Shown: positions 8,741-18,287, counted from the first letter of the stretch. The stretch is DNA of 64,000 nt from an uncultured Candidatus Rokubacteria bacterium (GCA_963805625.1 CAWDVE010000010.1:1440001-1504000); one strand, 5' to 3'. Notes: generated by a model not told the origin, from the letters alone. Numbers and translations are program-made.

Positions 8741-11700
8741 TCAGCGGCCTTCGTTCCGCTCGACGACCAGTACGCCAACGAGAACGCGTCCATGATGCGC
8801 GATGTTCTCGCCGGCCGACACCTTCCACCTCTCTTTCGTCGCGAGATCGTAGACACCCAACAAGATCCGATACGTCCCGGGAGTGGCGTTCGCCGGGACC
8901 CGGATCCATTCGTCCTGTATGAAGGTCTCATCCTCGAGTACCGGCCATATGGCCCCTTCATGCCTGTCGAGAAAGTGGAAGTCGCCTTGAAATCTCCGCT
9001 CCCCGTTCTCGATATGGACAAAGACACCGATCGCATGCCTTGGACCGGGATCGCGCTTCACCTTCCAGAAGTATCTAACCCTGACATCCTGGCCAGGCCT
9101 TGCCGGCTCGGGCCCGAGAGTGTAACCGCGAAACTCCAATGTCTTCTGAAACTCGACAGACGTCCTCACTCGAGGTTCGGTCAAGTCTTTCAGCATCCGT
9201 GACTGCTCGGCGGCCTCTTCCGTACGGCCGAGCCTACTGAGCGCGTGGATCAGCACTTGCCGCGCTTTGCGGTTGACCTCGTACGCACCCGCGGCCCTTC
9301 CGGAGAAGTCAAGGGCTCGATCAAAGCTCCCTTGGTCATATGCTTTTTGCGCCACCGCCGTGAGGTAGCGACTCTTGTCCTTGCGATCGGTGTTCAGGGC
9401 GCCCAGTCCGTTCCACCACCATCCAGGATCACCCTCCACCGCGTCCAGAGACGCCGCAGGCGCTTTGCAATGGAACAGAACCCACCGTCCGATGTCTTCG
9501 CGAGTCAGATCGTGGATACCTTCCTCTCTCATCAGGCGCTCAAATTCATCCGCATCCGAGTCTTCCAGAACGAACCCGGTCCTATCGCTCCATTGAATCA
9601 CCCGGCTCTTCAATCTCACGTAGAACTCCGGTATAGCGACGGTGAAGGGCGTGACCGTCTCGATTCTCTCTTGCGAAGCCTCCGATATCTTCGCGCTCAT
9701 CCACCGGTCCGCATACACTCTGCTTAGCCCCAAGTCGCGAATGCGCTGCAGTACATCCTGATCGCCAGCGCCCGCAGCAGCCCTCACACCCAAGTCCTCA
9801 TAGACATAGGCCTCGGCAATCATCCAGGGAAAGCGCGCATCATTCTGGTACTGGGTAATCCTTATGAGGCGGGCCGCGATGGGGGCGAATCTCGCCTCCC
9901 ACCGGTAGCCCCACTCCCATGCATACACTCTGGGTCCGCTCCAGTAGAGGTACTCCATCGGTGACCGTGTGACGACTTCGTGCCACACTCGTCCGTCCAC
10001 ACTTGTCTCGACACGAACGTCCATCGCGTAGGTGCCATGGTGCTCCCCTTTGTTCCAGAGACGCACCAATCCCACGTTGAAACGCGCGCCGAGATCGAAT
10101 TGGACCCACATCCCAGGTCTCTTGAGTTCGCCGCTCGTCCAAGACGATTCCATGTCGCGATCGAGGGCGTATCGCATGGCGTGGGTTTCGTGAGACGCGG
10201 AGGCTTGGAGACGGGTCACTGGAATCTGCCGGTATCGGCGATCCATCGCGTGCACATGGCGAACGAGGTCATAGGCCCCCAGGGGCTCCGTCTCATACGA
10301 TGCGCCGAGCACCTTCAGCGTTGGTCCAAGGCCGGGAGCTTCTCGCGGATAGAGAAAGGCGGGCTCCGGCGCTCGTTCCAGGGCATCAATATTGGGGGCA
10401 TATCTCTCAGCGATCATCTGCGAGGCGATGACGCGTTCGCGGGCGTAGAAGTTGAGGAGCTCCGAGCCGGGCGTGGAATGCACATAGAGGTGCTTTACTC
10501 CCTTGGCCTCGAGACTACGGACCAAGGCCAGATGGCCTTGCGTGAGCGCTTCGGCCCGCGGCGCATTGTTGACGACCCACGATGCGGTGGTCCATCCATG
10601 AAGCAGGAAGACTGCCGCACACCCGGCCCCGGCCACGAGCTTCCAGGCGCGGCGCGAGTGCACCAGCCAGAAGCCCACGGCCACGGGGAAGAGGGCGGAG
10701 AGTGGAATCGCATATGTAGGAGTACCTCTGCTGATATGAACACTTCCCGCGAAGAGAAGAGCGCAGATGAGGAAGAAGACCGGGAAGATGGCGGCATCCC
10801 TTAGGGGGTGCCGCCCGCTGAACGACCTGCGAAGGTGCCACAGGAAGAACAGCAGGGCCCAGCCATAGACGCCTGCAGCCAGCCAATGCGTGAAGGGGAT
10901 GCTCGATTGAAAGAGATCCCAGTCAAGATACTGCGGCACACGCTCGAAAAAGAGCAGATACAGACCCTCGGGAATAAGGGCTAGTGCATAACCGCCGCCC
11001 ATATTCAGAACGTTCGAGTAGGGATCGATGGCATAGAAGTAGAAGAATGGAGCTGCGCCAATGAAGAACGCCGGCAACGACAGGATGGTGCCTTTCAAGA
11101 CAGCGGGGGACCGTTCTCTCAACACCACGTAGGCGGCACCAGCCAGCAGTTGGTAGATCACGAAGGGGCTGGTCCACCATCCCACCCCGCCGGCAAGTCC
11201 CAGAAGGGCATACTGACCGGCCTTCCCCCAGGGCCCCTTGGCCAGGACGAGGCGGACAGACAACCAGAGGAGGACGGTGCCCAGCATCAGACCCTCGACA
11301 TACCCGCCGTGAGGCATGACGGTGTATTCCGAGAGGCGCACGGGGGTCACGATGTTCCAGGCGAGCGCCACCAAGGCGACCGCGGGGCCCAGCGTGTCCC
11401 GCGTCAGCAGGTACAATACAAGACAGAATCCTAGAAAGAACGCCAGAGGGGCGACATGGATGGACCACGGAGGAATTCCCCCCAGCACGAGAAAAACGGC
11501 CGCATGAACCATGGCCGACAGACTGCCGAACCAGTTCTGGCCGTAGTAGAAGATTGGGAACTCGCCCTTCTCGAGGATGTGCTTCCCCATCAAGAGCATC
11601 ACGGCATTGTCCGTGTGAACGTGATGCGTGCTGAAGGAGAACGCGGTTGGCGCCATCCAGATCATCCAGATGTGAGCGCCGGCGACACACAGGAACACGG

Positions 11701-11803
11701 TCGCAAAGAACAGGAGTTCGTTCCTTCTGCCCAGGCTGGCCCCAGAATCGATGGGGCGTCCGCTCGTGTCCAATCTGATGGGCTGCATCCGGGCGTCTAG
11801 CAT
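8741..11803 (-). CDS. Large membrane protein: GT-C fold (ArnT/PMT-like) glycosyltransferase + discoidin (F5/8C) domain + TPR + C-terminal beta domain
   Basis: HTDNAV first loop and FPIFYYGQNWFGS, many TM helices; ALDRDMESSWTS..PGMWVQFDLG..ETSVDGRVW..ARLIRI discoidin; TPR-like helix pair; PGTYRILLGVYD. Visibly more AT-rich than the host genes. Confidence 0.8.
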   Translation of the reverse strand: MLDARMQPIRLDTSGRPIDSGASLGRRNELLFFATVFLCVAGAHIWMIWMAPTAFSFSTHHVHTDNAVMLLMGKHILEKGEFPIFYYGQNWFGSLSAMVHAAVFLVLGGIPPWSIHVAPLAFFLGFCLVLYLLTRDTLGPAVALVALAWNIVTPVRLSEYTVMPHGGYVEGLMLGTVLLWLSVRLVLAKGPWGKAGQYALLGLAGGVGWWTSPFVIYQLLAGAAYVVLRERSPAVLKGTILSLPAFFIGAAPFFYFYAIDPYSNVLNMGGGYALALIPEGLYLLFFERVPQYLDWDLFQSSIPFTHWLAAGVYGWALLFFLWHLRRSFSGRHPLRDAAIFPVFFLICALLFAGSVHISRGTPTYAIPLSALFPVAVGFWLVHSRRAWKLVAGAGCAAVFLLHGWTTASWVVNNAPRAEALTQGHLALVRSLEAKGVKHLYVHSTPGSELLNFYARERVIASQMIAERYAPNIDALERAPEPAFLYPREAPGLGPTLKVLGASYETEPLGAYDLVRHVHAMDRRYRQIPVTRLQASASHETHAMRYALDRDMESSWTSGELKRPGMWVQFDLGARFNVGLVRLWNKGEHHGTYAMDVRVETSVDGRVWHEVVTRSPMEYLYWSGPRVYAWEWGYRWEARFAPIAARLIRITQYQNDARFPWMIAEAYVYEDLGVRAAAGAGDQDVLQRIRDLGLSRVYADRWMSAKISEASQERIETVTPFTVAIPEFYVRLKSRVIQWSDRTGFVLEDSDADEFERLMREEGIHDLTREDIGRWVLFHCKAPAASLDAVEGDPGWWWNGLGALNTDRKDKSRYLTAVAQKAYDQGSFDRALDFSGRAAGAYEVNRKARQVLIHALSRLGRTEEAAEQSRMLKDLTEPRVRTSVEFQKTLEFRGYTLGPEPARPGQDVRVRYFWKVKRDPGPRHAIGVFVHIENGERRFQGDFHFLDRHEGAIWPVLEDETFIQDEWIRVPANATPGTYRILLGVYDLATKERWKVSAGENIAHHGRVLVGVLVVERNEGR

Positions 11804-11941
11804 GACATCGATCGCTCACCGCGAGACAGTCCCGTCAAACGTTCGGTCCAGGCCGGATCCGACCGCGTGCGCTGGACAGCCGGCGCGTTGCGCCAAGTCT
11901 CCGCCAGGTACCGTGCGCTTCCTGACGCGACTTGGCCCAAG

Positions 11942-11977
11942 TGTGACCCGACCTGTCGGTCACAATTGATCACAATT
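11942..11977. promoter_or_regulatory. Candidate transcription-factor site upstream of the GT-C gene
   Basis: TCACAATT repeated at 11960 and 11970 (10-bp period), with an inverted TGTGA half-site at 11942. Confidence 0.35.
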
Positions 11978-12459
11978 CCGTCTACGCGACGGCGCGAGTC
12001 TGGACTAACCTCGCGTCACGATGCCGATGACCGCCGATGTTCCCAGGGCCGGGCGACGCCTGAGACTGCCAGTGTCGAAGGCGCCTCACTCCCTGTCAGC
12101 ACTTTTTTCACGATGCCGATGGGCCGCGATCGCGGGCACACGTGATCTTGGGTATCGTGGACGACCGGCGTGCTCGGTTCCGACCCCGCAGGTCTGCAAT
12201 CGGCGCGGGTGCGCGTCCCTGCGGAGTATCGCTACGGGCGACCGCGCACGCGACCGCACTCTTTGCGCGTGCACGGCGCGGTGCGGGACGGCCTGACCCC
12301 CACCTGAGCGACGAGCGCTTTAATGATCCGTGAGACTGTAGCGGGCCGGCCCCGACCAGAACGCTGGACACGCTGTCCAGGAGGCGCGGCGCCAAGATGG
12401 GGATGCGGGGGTCGGTGCGCTCGTCGTGATGGATGCCGCGATGTCCGCCCGGGGCGGCC

Positions 12460-12810
12460 GTGACGGCGGATCTCCCGGCACGCCGGCGCGCCGTCCGGGC
12501 GGTAGCGGGTCTCGTCCTCGTGCTGAGCCTGGCTGCCTGCGCGGCCGACCGGCTCGCCCGCGACCTCGACGCGCGCACCGGCCGGATGACGCGGGAGGAG
12601 GCGAAGCGCCGGTTCGGCCCGCCGACTCGGATCATGACGATCGCGGGCCAGGAGGTCTGGTCGTACGAGGAGCAGGCCGTGATCGGCGCGCTCCCCCTGC
12701 CGGACTCGCCCCAGGAGGCGCCCGGCCCCTTCGTCGGCCGAGCGGTCCGGCGCCAGATCCTCCTCTACTTCGACGCTCGGGGCGTGCTCATGCACTGGGA
12801 CCGTTTCTGA
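12460..12810 (+). CDS. Small lipoprotein (BamE/SmpA-like pattern)
   Basis: RRRAVRAVAGLVLVLSLAAC lipobox; GRMTREEAKRRFGPP..EVWSY..LYFDARGVL. Confidence 0.7.
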   Translation: MTADLPARRRAVRAVAGLVLVLSLAACAADRLARDLDARTGRMTREEAKRRFGPPTRIMTIAGQEVWSYEEQAVIGALPLPDSPQEAPGPFVGRAVRRQILLYFDARGVLMHWDRF

Positions 12811-12848
12811 CCGGCTGCGGCCGCGCAGCGCCCGAGACGGAGGACACC

Positions 12849-12915
12849 ATCGCGTTCAAGGATGTGCTGGTCCACGTCGGAACGAATCCGGCCTGCGCCT
12901 CGCGGATCGACGACC
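12849..12915 (+). pseudogene. Universal stress protein N-terminal remnant
   Basis: GGAGG RBS, then ATC (decayed ATG) and AFKDVLVHVGTNPACASRID, resembling the Usp start MAFKDILVH. Confidence 0.45.
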
Positions 12916-13132
12916 CCAGCGAGGCTCCTGATCCAATGCCGCCAAGCGTTGTGCCTACGCTCCGGCCGGCGGACTACAGCGGGGTCGACGAAGCGATCGC
13001 AGGCCAACACAGCCACGACGTCGTGTCGGCGAGCCGCTCGACGAAGATGGACCCGACGATCTTGATGCGCGGCGGGCTCACGGCTCAGCTATAGAGGGTC
13101 GCCCTGGCCGGCGCCGTCCTATCGGCGGCGCA

Positions 13133-13336
13133 GTGCCGCCGGAGGTCGTCCTGTGCCTCTACCGGGTGACCCAGGAAGGACTGGGCAACGTCGCCGGCAC
13201 GCGGAGGCGCGCCACGCGCGCGTGACGGTGGGACGCGAGGGGGACGACGTGGTCCTGACCATCGGCGACGATGGCCGCGGGTTCGACCTCGCGGAGGCCC
13301 GGCGCCGGCAAGGCCTGGGGCTGATCAGTCTCCGGC
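13133..13336 (+). pseudogene. NarX/LiaS-type histidine kinase HATPase fragment, frameshifted
   Basis: EVVLCLYRVTQEGLGNVA / HAEARHARVTV..LTIGDDGRGFD..GLGLISLR (N, G1 and G2 boxes). Confidence 0.75.
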
Positions 13337-13590
13337 ATTCGCTCAACGGGCCACCCTGGCTGAGGATGCAGATTTGATGATCCTCGTGGCAACCCGGAAG
13401 AGTGGGATCACGGGGCGGGTCGCCGGGTTCAAGCTCCGGGCCCGCGACGTGACGCTTCCAGTTCACGCGCTTCCGCTGCTGGCCTATGGCTGGACGGCGC
13501 TGGAGAGCCGGCGGGGGGCTCGTGGGATGTCGGCCCGCGACTGGCTGCTCGTCCTCGGGCCGGCGACGCTCGTGATGTACCTGCTCACCT

Positions 13591-13836
13591 TCCTACGCCA
13601 GCCTGCTGCTCGCCCAGGGCGAGAGCCTCGCCTACGTCAAGGATCAGCTCGGGCACGCGTCCATCCGGCTGACCGTGGACCTCTACGGACACCTGGTGCC
13701 CGGGGGGAACCGGGCGGCCGTGGACAAGCTGGATGACGTGGAGACCCCGGAGGGCTCCGAGCGCCCCGCCGGCCCCACCGGACGCAACCCCCGCGCAACC
13801 GCCTCGGGGAATCCTGTGATTGGCGGCCTTTCTTAG
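13591..13836 (+). pseudogene. Tyrosine recombinase/integrase, C-terminal remnant (absent from the ORF track)
   Basis: SYASLLLAQGESLAYVKDQLGHASIRLTVDLYGHLVPGGNRAAVDKLD: box II LGH and catalytic Tyr retained; everything up to and including HxxR is missing. Stop TAG at 13834-13836. Confidence 0.88.
13783..13800 (+). repeat. Putative integrase arm-type site pair, right
   Basis: CGCAACC-CCCG-CGCAACC, 43 bp from the right att repeat. Confidence 0.65.
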
Positions 13837-14855
13837 GCGGATCGCCAGAAGAACTCCTTCTTGATGCGATCGGGGCTATCCCAGATGTCCGACTTGAGGA
13901 ACCCCGACTCCTTGGTCAGCTTGAGCTGGAGGATCATGCTGTCGACCTGCTCGTCCGACAGGCCGTGCAGCATCTGCACCGTCTGCCCGTACGCGAACTC
14001 CACTACGTCGCGTGGCAGCTTGGTGATCTCAGTCACGATCTCGATCGTCCGGGGCTTGTTCTTGTACCAAGTATCGACGGCCTCTCCTTGCGCGTCGTTC
14101 AGGTCCTTCGGTAGCGACGGGTTCTTCTCGATGAACGCGGGGTTGACGAGGTAACAGACGTGCACGGGGTGACCGGTGGCCCGACCCGTCGCTTGCCGCC
14201 ACAACTCGATGTGCTTGACCAGATACTTTCCGGCTCCGCTGAACACAACCTGCTCGGTCGTGGGTGTCCAGCTGAGCATGGCGTCGACGGCCTTCGTATT
14301 GAGAGCGTTCACCATATCGGGCTGTCCCGTCGCGGTCACGATCTGCACGTCCTTCTGGAGATCAAGGCCGTGCGTCTTCAGCGCGAGGGTGCGCATGTCC
14401 AGAAAGGCCGTGCTCCCGACGATGGCGGCCATCCTGCGGCCCTTCAGGTTTTCCAGCTTGCTGATCCCGGCATCGCTCCGTACCACGATAGCGCCGAGCA
14501 CCGCGGTGGCGACGCCCGTGACCTTGAGAGGCACCTTGTCCTCGAACATCTTGGCGGCCAGCGCGAAGGACATGTCGATCGCGTCGACGTTGCCCGCTCC
14601 GAAGGTGGCGATGAGGGGAGCAGGGGGCCCGCCGATCACGTTGTACTCCGCCTGCCAGCCGCGCTTGCCGAGGAGATCCTCCTTGTGGATGATTTCGCAC
14701 GCCGCCCAGCCGAGCTGGAGGTACGCGAAGCGCACCTTGCCCTTCCCCTGGGCGATCGCCCGGCGCGCCGGGAAACCGCCCGCCAGGGCGGCGCCGGCGG
14801 CGGCGCCGGTCCGCAAGAAGTCCCGCCGCCTCACGTGCCGTTCCTCAGGTCGCAT
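13833..14855 (-). CDS. ABC substrate-binding protein, SsuA/NMT1-like, Tat-exported
   Basis: RRRDFL Tat motif; ISKLENLKGRRMA; VDAMLSWTP. Confidence 0.9.
   Translation of the reverse strand: MRPEERHVRRRDFLRTGAAAGAALAGGFPARRAIAQGKGKVRFAYLQLGWAACEIIHKEDLLGKRGWQAEYNVIGGPPAPLIATFGAGNVDAIDMSFALAAKMFEDKVPLKVTGVATAVLGAIVVRSDAGISKLENLKGRRMAAIVGSTAFLDMRTLALKTHGLDLQKDVQIVTATGQPDMVNALNTKAVDAMLSWTPTTEQVVFSGAGKYLVKHIELWRQATGRATGHPVHVCYLVNPAFIEKNPSLPKDLNDAQGEAVDTWYKNKPRTIEIVTEITKLPRDVVEFAYGQTVQMLHGLSDEQVDSMILQLKLTKESGFLKSDIWDSPDRIKKEFFWRSA
13843..13868. repeat. att-like direct repeat, right copy (within the current SBP 3' end, RIKKEFFWRSA*)
   Basis: 22/26 identity to 3679-3704. Confidence 0.85.
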
Positions 14856-16947
14856 CGCCTGCCCTCCCTGCTTCCATGCTCTCGGGGTTTGCCAGAACGA
14901 GCGCGTCCACGGCCACGAGCCGGCCGCCCGACGCGATCAGGGGGTTCACGTCCAGCTCCGCGATCGCCGCGTGGTCCAGGAGAAGGTCCCCGATCCCGAC
15001 GAGGACACCGGTCACCGCAAGCTCGTCGATGGCCGCGGCCCCGCGAAACCCCTGGAGCAGCGCCGCCCGCCGCCCCTCGGCGAGCATCGCGCGTGCCGTC
15101 TCGAGTGCGAGCGGCGCGAGCCCGATCGACACGTCGCGGAGGAGCTCGGCCAGCACGCCGCCGAGACCGACCAGCACCGTGGGCCCGAAGGTTGAGTCGC
15201 GTCGGCCGCCGACGAGGAGCTCGAGTCCCTGTGGCACCTCCTCCTGCACCAGGAGCGGCCCCGGGCCGACCCGCGCCTCGAGCATGCGCACCGCCCGGGT
15301 CAGCGCCCTACCGTCCGCCACACCCAGGATGACGCCTCCCGCCTCCGTCCGGTGGAGCACGTCCGGTCGCGCCGTCTTGACCACCAGAGGGTAGCCGATC
15401 TCTCCAGCCGCCAACAGCGCCTCCTCGGCCGTGGCGACGATTCGCTCGCGGGGAAAGAGCACGCCATAGGCTTCCAGCAGCGCGCGGGCGTCGGCATGCC
15501 CGAGCGACCCCCGGGCAGTGGCAAGCCGCCCGACGAGCCCGGCTGGCAGGGCGGGTGGCGGGCGGTCCACGGGAGCCGTCTCGACCCGTCGACGAAGTTC
15601 CGCGTGACGAACGAGCGCCCGGTAGGCGCGCACCGCGCGCTCCGGTCCCGGCACGAGCGGGATCCCGGCCGCGCGGAGACGGCGGTCCATGTCCGGCGTG
15701 TCGACGGTGCACGCAACCACGGGCTTCCCGGTCGCGGCCTGCGCCGCCACGAGCGCGTCTGCGTATTCGGGACGATCGAGGCCGATGTCGATCGCGACGG
15801 CGCCCGAGACCTCGGGCGCGTCGAGGACCAAGCGCACGCTCGGCTCGAAGCCGGCGGGTCCCATCTGGGGTGTCATGTCGACCGGGTTCCCGTCGGCGCC
15901 GAAATCCGGCAGGTGGGCTCGAAGCGCCCGGCGACGCTCCTCCGGGAGCGCCGGGACTCGAAGCCCCGCCGCTTCCGCCGCGTCGGCCGCCACGACCGAG
16001 GGCCCGCCCGAGATCGTCAGGACCGCGACGGCCGCGTCGCGCGGCGGGCGGCTCCCGTGCGCCTCCAGCGTCACCATCGCGTCGAACAGCTCCTCGGTCT
16101 CCTCCACCACGACGATGCCGGCTGCCGCGAAAGCGGCTCGATACGTCTCCCAGGCCCCGGCAAGCGAGCCGGTGTGAGAGCCTGCGGCCCGCCGCCCCGC
16201 CTCGGCCCGCCCGCCCTTGAGGGCGACGACCGGCTTCGCTCGCACAAGCCGGGCGGCCGCGACGAATGCCCGGCCGTCCCGGATCCCCTCAACGAAGAGC
16301 CCCACCACGCGTGTGTCAGGATCGTCGCCGAGCCAAGCGAGACACTCCGTGAACCCGAGGTCGGACTGATTCCCAATCGAGAGGAACTTGGCGACCCCGA
16401 GCGATCGCTCGCGCACCTCGCGGAAGAAGAGTCCGCCGTAGGCTCCACTCTGTGACACGAAGGAGATGCCTCCGGCCTGCCACGGGACGTCCCAGAAGTA
16501 GGAGGCGTTGAGCCGGCCGGGCACGTTGACGACCCCCATGCAGTTGGGCCCGACGATCCGCATCCCGCTCGTACGGCCGATGGTCTCGATCTCCTCCTGA
16601 ACGACCCGCCCGGCCCGCCCCGTCTCGCCGAACCCCGAGGCGAGAATGACGCACATCCGACAGCCGCGCGCGCCCAGCGCGCGGATGGCGGGCAGCACCG
16701 CTTTCGCGGGGAGGCTCACGAGCGCGAGATCCAGCCCGCGCGGGAGATCCTCGACGCACGTGACCGCGTCACGGCCGAGAATGGTCTCGCCGCTCGGGTT
16801 GACGGGAATGATGTCGCCCGAGAAGCCCGGGGTGAGGAGGTTCTGGACGAGCCGGTGACCGAGCTTCGCGGGGTTGCGCGACGCGCCCAGCACGGCCACC
16901 CCGCGAGGGGCAAAGAGCGGCGTCAGGTCGACGGTCACCGGCGGCAC
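14845..16947 (-). CDS. ADP-forming acyl-CoA synthetase (acetate-CoA ligase family, fused alpha-beta)
   Basis: PRGVAVLGAS, IVGPNCMG, SQSG, GSHTGSLAG (phospho-His), NPVD, ATP-grasp ELDVNPL. Start approximate. Confidence 0.9.
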   Translation of the reverse strand: MPPVTVDLTPLFAPRGVAVLGASRNPAKLGHRLVQNLLTPGFSGDIIPVNPSGETILGRDAVTCVEDLPRGLDLALVSLPAKAVLPAIRALGARGCRMCVILASGFGETGRAGRVVQEEIETIGRTSGMRIVGPNCMGVVNVPGRLNASYFWDVPWQAGGISFVSQSGAYGGLFFREVRERSLGVAKFLSIGNQSDLGFTECLAWLGDDPDTRVVGLFVEGIRDGRAFVAAARLVRAKPVVALKGGRAEAGRRAAGSHTGSLAGAWETYRAAFAAAGIVVVEETEELFDAMVTLEAHGSRPPRDAAVAVLTISGGPSVVAADAAEAAGLRVPALPEERRRALRAHLPDFGADGNPVDMTPQMGPAGFEPSVRLVLDAPEVSGAVAIDIGLDRPEYADALVAAQAATGKPVVACTVDTPDMDRRLRAAGIPLVPGPERAVRAYRALVRHAELRRRVETAPVDRPPPALPAGLVGRLATARGSLGHADARALLEAYGVLFPRERIVATAEEALLAAGEIGYPLVVKTARPDVLHRTEAGGVILGVADGRALTRAVRMLEARVGPGPLLVQEEVPQGLELLVGGRRDSTFGPTVLVGLGGVLAELLRDVSIGLAPLALETARAMLAEGRRAALLQGFRGAAAIDELAVTGVLVGIGDLLLDHAAIAELDVNPLIASGGRLVAVDALVLANPESMEAGRAGDAT

Positions 16948-16958
16948 CGCCGCGGTCG

Positions 16959-18287
16959 TCAGGACCGCGCGCAGCGCGTGAGCTCCGTGAGGTCCTCGAT
17001 CTCGTCGACGCGGCCGAGCGCATGCCGGAGCCGCGCGCTCTCCGCCGCGCCGAGCCGCGGCTCGGTGAGGGTCTGGAACTTCACGCCGAGCTCCCACCGG
17101 AGCCGCTCCGGGTCCCGGCCCAGTCGGAGATCTCCCACCTTCTCGTGGACAGACCCGTCCCGGAGCCGCACGACGACCCGGGCTCGCGTCTCGTCGAGCT
17201 CGGCCTGGGGAAAGAGACGCACTCGGCCCGCCAGCGCGCGCGCCGACGGATCCCGGACCGCCTCAGCGGTGAAGTGCTCCTCGCGGACGAGGCCCCGGAG
17301 GAGCGCGCTCGCGGCGCAGTAGGTGATGCTGAACTTCCCCCCGAGCCCGGTGTCGGGCTGGCGCTGATCGGCCACCAGCAAGGTCGTCCGGCACACGTCG
17401 AGGTCCACCGCCTCGATCGCCGCTGGGTCGAGGCGAGGGCCGAGGTCGAGCAGCGCCGTCAGGGCGGCGTGGGTCGCGAAGCAGCACGGGAAACGCTTGA
17501 AGAAGACCTCGTTCACGGCCCAGTCGTGCCCCAGCCCGTCGGCGAGGCGCGCCGGCGTCCAGTCCGGCGAGAGCCGTCGCGCCCACGCCGGATGGTCGAG
17601 GATGCCCGCTGGCCCCGTCATCCCGCGGGCGGCCAGCAGCGCCGCCAGAAGCCCGTCGGCCGCCGCGCGGCCAACCTGGAAGGGCTTCCCCATCGTGCCG
17701 AACGACTCGTGGATCCCTCCGAGCTGGGCCGCCGCCAGTCCGACCGCCCGGTCGATCCCCGGGCCGTCGAGGCCCAGCAGCCGGGCGCACGCGGCCGCGC
17801 CCCCGAGCCGCCCGAGCGTCGCGGTGGCGTGCCAGCCCGCGCGGTAGTGCCCCGGCGCCAGTGCGCGCGACACCCGGCACATGACCTCGACACCGAGCAC
17901 GAAGGCCGTGAGGACGTCCCGGCCGGGCGCCCCCCGCATCTCCGCGAGCGCGAGGAGTCCTGGCAAGAGCGGCGCGGTGACGTGGCCCGGCAGCGCGAGC
18001 ACGGTGTCGTCGTAATCCAGCGCGTGGGAGGCGGTGCCGTTCCAGAGGGCCGCCGTGACCGGTGAGGCCGTGCGATCCGTCCCGAGAACCGACGCTGGGC
18101 CCTCCGACTCGGGCACGGCCTCGCGGAGGAGGCGGGTCACCGGCTCGTCGACGCCGCCGACCGTGACGCCCCACCAGTCGAGCATGGCAAGGCGGCCCAT
18201 CTCGACGGCTGGCTTCGGCAGCGCCTCGAAGGGCGTCTCGGCGACCGAGGCGAGCAAGACGGCTCCGGGCGTGGCGGCACTGTTCAC
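16959..18287 (-). CDS. MmgE/PrpD family protein
   Basis: NGTASHALDYDD..GH, GWHATAT, KRFPCC..TH, GKFS. GTG overlaps the upstream stop. Confidence 0.92.
   Translation of the reverse strand: MNSAATPGAVLLASVAETPFEALPKPAVEMGRLAMLDWWGVTVGGVDEPVTRLLREAVPESEGPASVLGTDRTASPVTAALWNGTASHALDYDDTVLALPGHVTAPLLPGLLALAEMRGAPGRDVLTAFVLGVEVMCRVSRALAPGHYRAGWHATATLGRLGGAAACARLLGLDGPGIDRAVGLAAAQLGGIHESFGTMGKPFQVGRAAADGLLAALLAARGMTGPAGILDHPAWARRLSPDWTPARLADGLGHDWAVNEVFFKRFPCCFATHAALTALLDLGPRLDPAAIEAVDLDVCRTTLLVADQRQPDTGLGGKFSITYCAASALLRGLVREEHFTAEAVRDPSARALAGRVRLFPQAELDETRARVVVRLRDGSVHEKVGDLRLGRDPERLRWELGVKFQTLTEPRLGAAESARLRHALGRVDEIEDLTELTRCARS

Larger units (their letters stand above)
3679..13868. mobile_element. 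Decayed tyrosine-integrase genomic island (~10.2 kb) inserted in the 3' end of an ABC substrate-binding gene
   Basis: Flanked by 22/26-identical direct repeats encoding KEFFWR. Integrase C-terminal remnant abuts the right repeat. Paired CGCAACC motifs inside both ends. Separates the SBP from its permease/ATPase. Confidence 0.85.

Noticed and set aside
11942-11964. CRP site TGTGA..TCACA
   Set aside because: The spacer is 13 nt, not 6.
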